Shown here: one piece after another, positions 62,316-64,000 of the stretch
Layout of the letters: each line of letters opens with the position of its first letter
How positions within the stretch are numbered: position 1 is the stretch's first letter
Source of the DNA: an uncultured Bacteroidales bacterium
GTDB taxonomy: Bacteria > Bacteroidota > Bacteroidia > Bacteroidales > Bacteroidaceae
Assembly (NCBI GenBank): GCA_902792555.1
Contig: CADAZW010000002.1
Span: forward strand, 7,480 to 71,479
Direction of reading: 5' to 3'
Length of the DNA stretch: 64,000 nt
Notes under the pieces: generated by a model
What the model was told of the DNA's origin: nothing
The model's input: the letters and a program-made list of their open reading frames with translations, nothing else
Databases searched by the model: none
Position numbers and translations under genes: made by a program

Positions 62316-63665
62316 TTGCCTCCAGCGTGTGGAGAGTCGCTCACTCCGCTTGACATCGTAAAGATTGTAACAGCTTATGCTATTCAGCGGCGCAGGGTAA
62401 GCAACCTGCCCAGCAACGCCATCGTATTGGGACGTGATGCCCGCATATCAGGCGATATGGTTCACCAGATTGTCTGCGGCACCCTTCAGGGCATGGGCTT
62501 CGATGTAATCAACATAGGCCTGGCTACCACTCCTACCACCGAGATTGCCGTAACCATGTCGGAAGCTTGCGGAGGCATTATCCTTACCGCCAGCCACAAT
62601 CCACGCCAGTGGAATGCACTCAAGCTGCTCAATGAGAGGGGCGAGTTTCTTAACTCTGACGAGGCACACGAGATTGTGCTAATGGCTGAGCAGACCAAGG
62701 AGTTTGAGTATGCCGACGTGGATCACCTGGGCAAATATTACAAGGACCTCAGCTTTGGTCAGAAGCATATCAACCTCGTCAAGAACCTTGAGCTCGTTGA
62801 TATTGAGGCTATACGCAATGCTCACTTCAAGGTGGCCCTCGACTGCGTAAACTCCGTGGGCGGCATCATCCTGCCCAACCTGCTCAAGCAGCTTGGCGTG
62901 GAGAAGATTACCAGCCTCTATGCCGACCCCACCGGCAACTTCGGCCATAATCCCGAGCCGCTGGAGCAGAACCTTACCGACATCAAGAACCTCATGAGGC
63001 TCGGCGACCATGACCTGGCCTTCGTGGTTGACCCCGATGTTGACCGACTGGCCATGATCTGTGAGGACGGCACCATGTATGGCGAGGAGTACACCCTGGT
63101 CACTGTGGCCGACTATATCCTGCAGAACCAGCGTGGCAATGCCGTGAGCAACCTCAGCTCCACCCGTGCCCTGCGCGATGTGGCAGCACGCTACGGTGCC
63201 ACCTACACTCCCTCGGCCGTGGGCGAGGTGAATGTGGTTACCAAGATGAAGGAGACGGGCGCCATCATAGGTGGCGAGGGTAACGGTGGAGTGATATATC
63301 CTGCTGCCCACTATGGCCGCGATGCCTTGGTAGGTATCGGTCTCGTGCTTTCTTATCTTGCCAAGAAGAAGATGAAACTGTCACAGCTGCGCGCCACATA
63401 TCCCAACTATGTGATAGTCAAGCACCGCATCGACCTCCAGCCCGAGACTAATATTGATGCAATCCTCGAATCGGTGAAGAAGCATTTCAAGGACGAGAAA
63501 GTCACCGATATCGACGGAGTCAAGATTGACTTCCCCACGGCTTGGGTTCACTTGCGCCGTTCTAACACTGAGCCCATCATCCGAGTCTATGCCGAGGCTT
63601 CCACAGAGCAGGATGCCAATGACCTGGCCGAGGATGTCATCAGCCAGGTCAAGGCCCTGATGTAG
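62316..63665 (+). CDS. glmM: phosphoglucosamine mutase / phosphohexomutase, N-terminally short with a TTG start
   Basis: Active-site loop ILTASHNP, metal loop FVVDPDVDR and sugar loop GGEGNGG. The usual N-terminal SGIRGT segment is absent. Confidence 0.8.
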   Translation: MPPACGESLTPLDIVKIVTAYAIQRRRVSNLPSNAIVLGRDARISGDMVHQIVCGTLQGMGFDVINIGLATTPTTEIAVTMSEACGGIILTASHNPRQWNALKLLNERGEFLNSDEAHEIVLMAEQTKEFEYADVDHLGKYYKDLSFGQKHINLVKNLELVDIEAIRNAHFKVALDCVNSVGGIILPNLLKQLGVEKITSLYADPTGNFGHNPEPLEQNLTDIKNLMRLGDHDLAFVVDPDVDRLAMICEDGTMYGEEYTLVTVADYILQNQRGNAVSNLSSTRALRDVAARYGATYTPSAVGEVNVVTKMKETGAIIGGEGNGGVIYPAAHYGRDALVGIGLVLSYLAKKKMKLSQLRATYPNYVIVKHRIDLQPETNIDAILESVKKHFKDEKVTDIDGVKIDFPTAWVHLRRSNTEPIIRVYAEASTEQDANDLAEDVISQVKALM

Positions 63666-63674
63666 ATTTGCCGC

Positions 63675-64000
63675 ATGATGCGCCCGACAGTCTCCATAGT
63701 ATTGCTCTTGCTCTCCTTTATCACGGCGAGCAGCCAGCGCAACGAAATCCTGGATGCCGATATCAGGACTCTGCAGGTGCAGCGCAACGGTCAGTGGAAC
63801 TCGTTTCCTTTCATAGAGCTTGACACTCCTGACAGACTCGACATTTCCTTTGATGTAATGGGCCACGAGTATCGCAGGCTGCGCTATCGCATCGAGCCCA
63901 TGACGTGGGACTGGCAGCCCAACGAGCGCCTGCTGACATCGGAGTTTCTCCAGCAGGGCATAGGCGATGAGCCTATAGAGGATTTTCAAGAGTCCATAAA
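63675..64000 (+). CDS. partial (5' end only): secreted protein resembling the T9SS plug / DUF5103 family
   Basis: ATG at 63675 and signal peptide MMRPTVSIVLLLLSFITASSQ, open to the window end. IRTLQVQ...ISFDVMGHEYRRLRYRIEPMTWDWQP resembles DUF5103 N-termini. This ORF is not in the supplied ORF track. Confidence 0.55.
   Translation, partial: MMRPTVSIVLLLLSFITASSQRNEILDADIRTLQVQRNGQWNSFPFIELDTPDRLDISFDVMGHEYRRLRYRIEPMTWDWQPNERLLTSEFLQQGIGDEPIEDFQESI

Overview
This is a 64-kb chromosomal window from a high-GC Bacteroidales-type genome. The assignment rests on T9SS sorting domains, TAnnTTTG-type promoter boxes, NifJ, QueH, GHL10 paralogs and typical Bacteroidota DUF families. It may be Muribaculaceae-like, but I cannot prove that from this window. 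I call about 48 protein genes, nearly all housekeeping: two uvrA paralogs, xseAB, nifJ, metA, pepO-like M13 peptidase, an ABC-F ATPase, parC, queH, thrA, kdsC, maf, glmM, purine/nucleoside salvage genes and glycoside hydrolase-like enzymes. There is one tRNA-Pro(CGG). I see no rRNA, CRISPR array, transposase, integrase or recognisable defence, toxin or secretion operon. Three things stand out. (1) Almost every intergenic region is filled with related short-period 'stutter' repeats and palindromic modules. These include 21-22-nt GGCGCGATTAGATTT arrays at five loci, GATTTGAAATTTGAG-type arrays, ATCTGCGTG arrays, and GC-rich GGGGAGTACCCTGGCG and CCCCTCT..AGAGGGG hairpins. Copies of the same modules also sit in frame inside conserved genes (uvrA2, thrA, U32 peptidase, ABC-F, parC, a T9SS cargo protein and a hypothetical protein), which resembles the Rickettsia palindromic element phenomenon. 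(2) The only clear accessory DNA is a roughly 1.9-kb AT-rich islet (18.9-20.8 kb). It encodes two orphan membrane proteins and is bracketed by two copies of the nifJ 3'UTR/terminator module. (3) Several structural oddities are present: a 243-bp element with 45-bp perfect terminal inverted repeats in a divergent promoter region, a disrupted uvrA paralog, a frameshifted T9SS type-B cargo gene, and a glmM lacking its conserved N-terminus. All family assignments come from motif recognition by eye and all repeat comparisons are manual. No searches were run.
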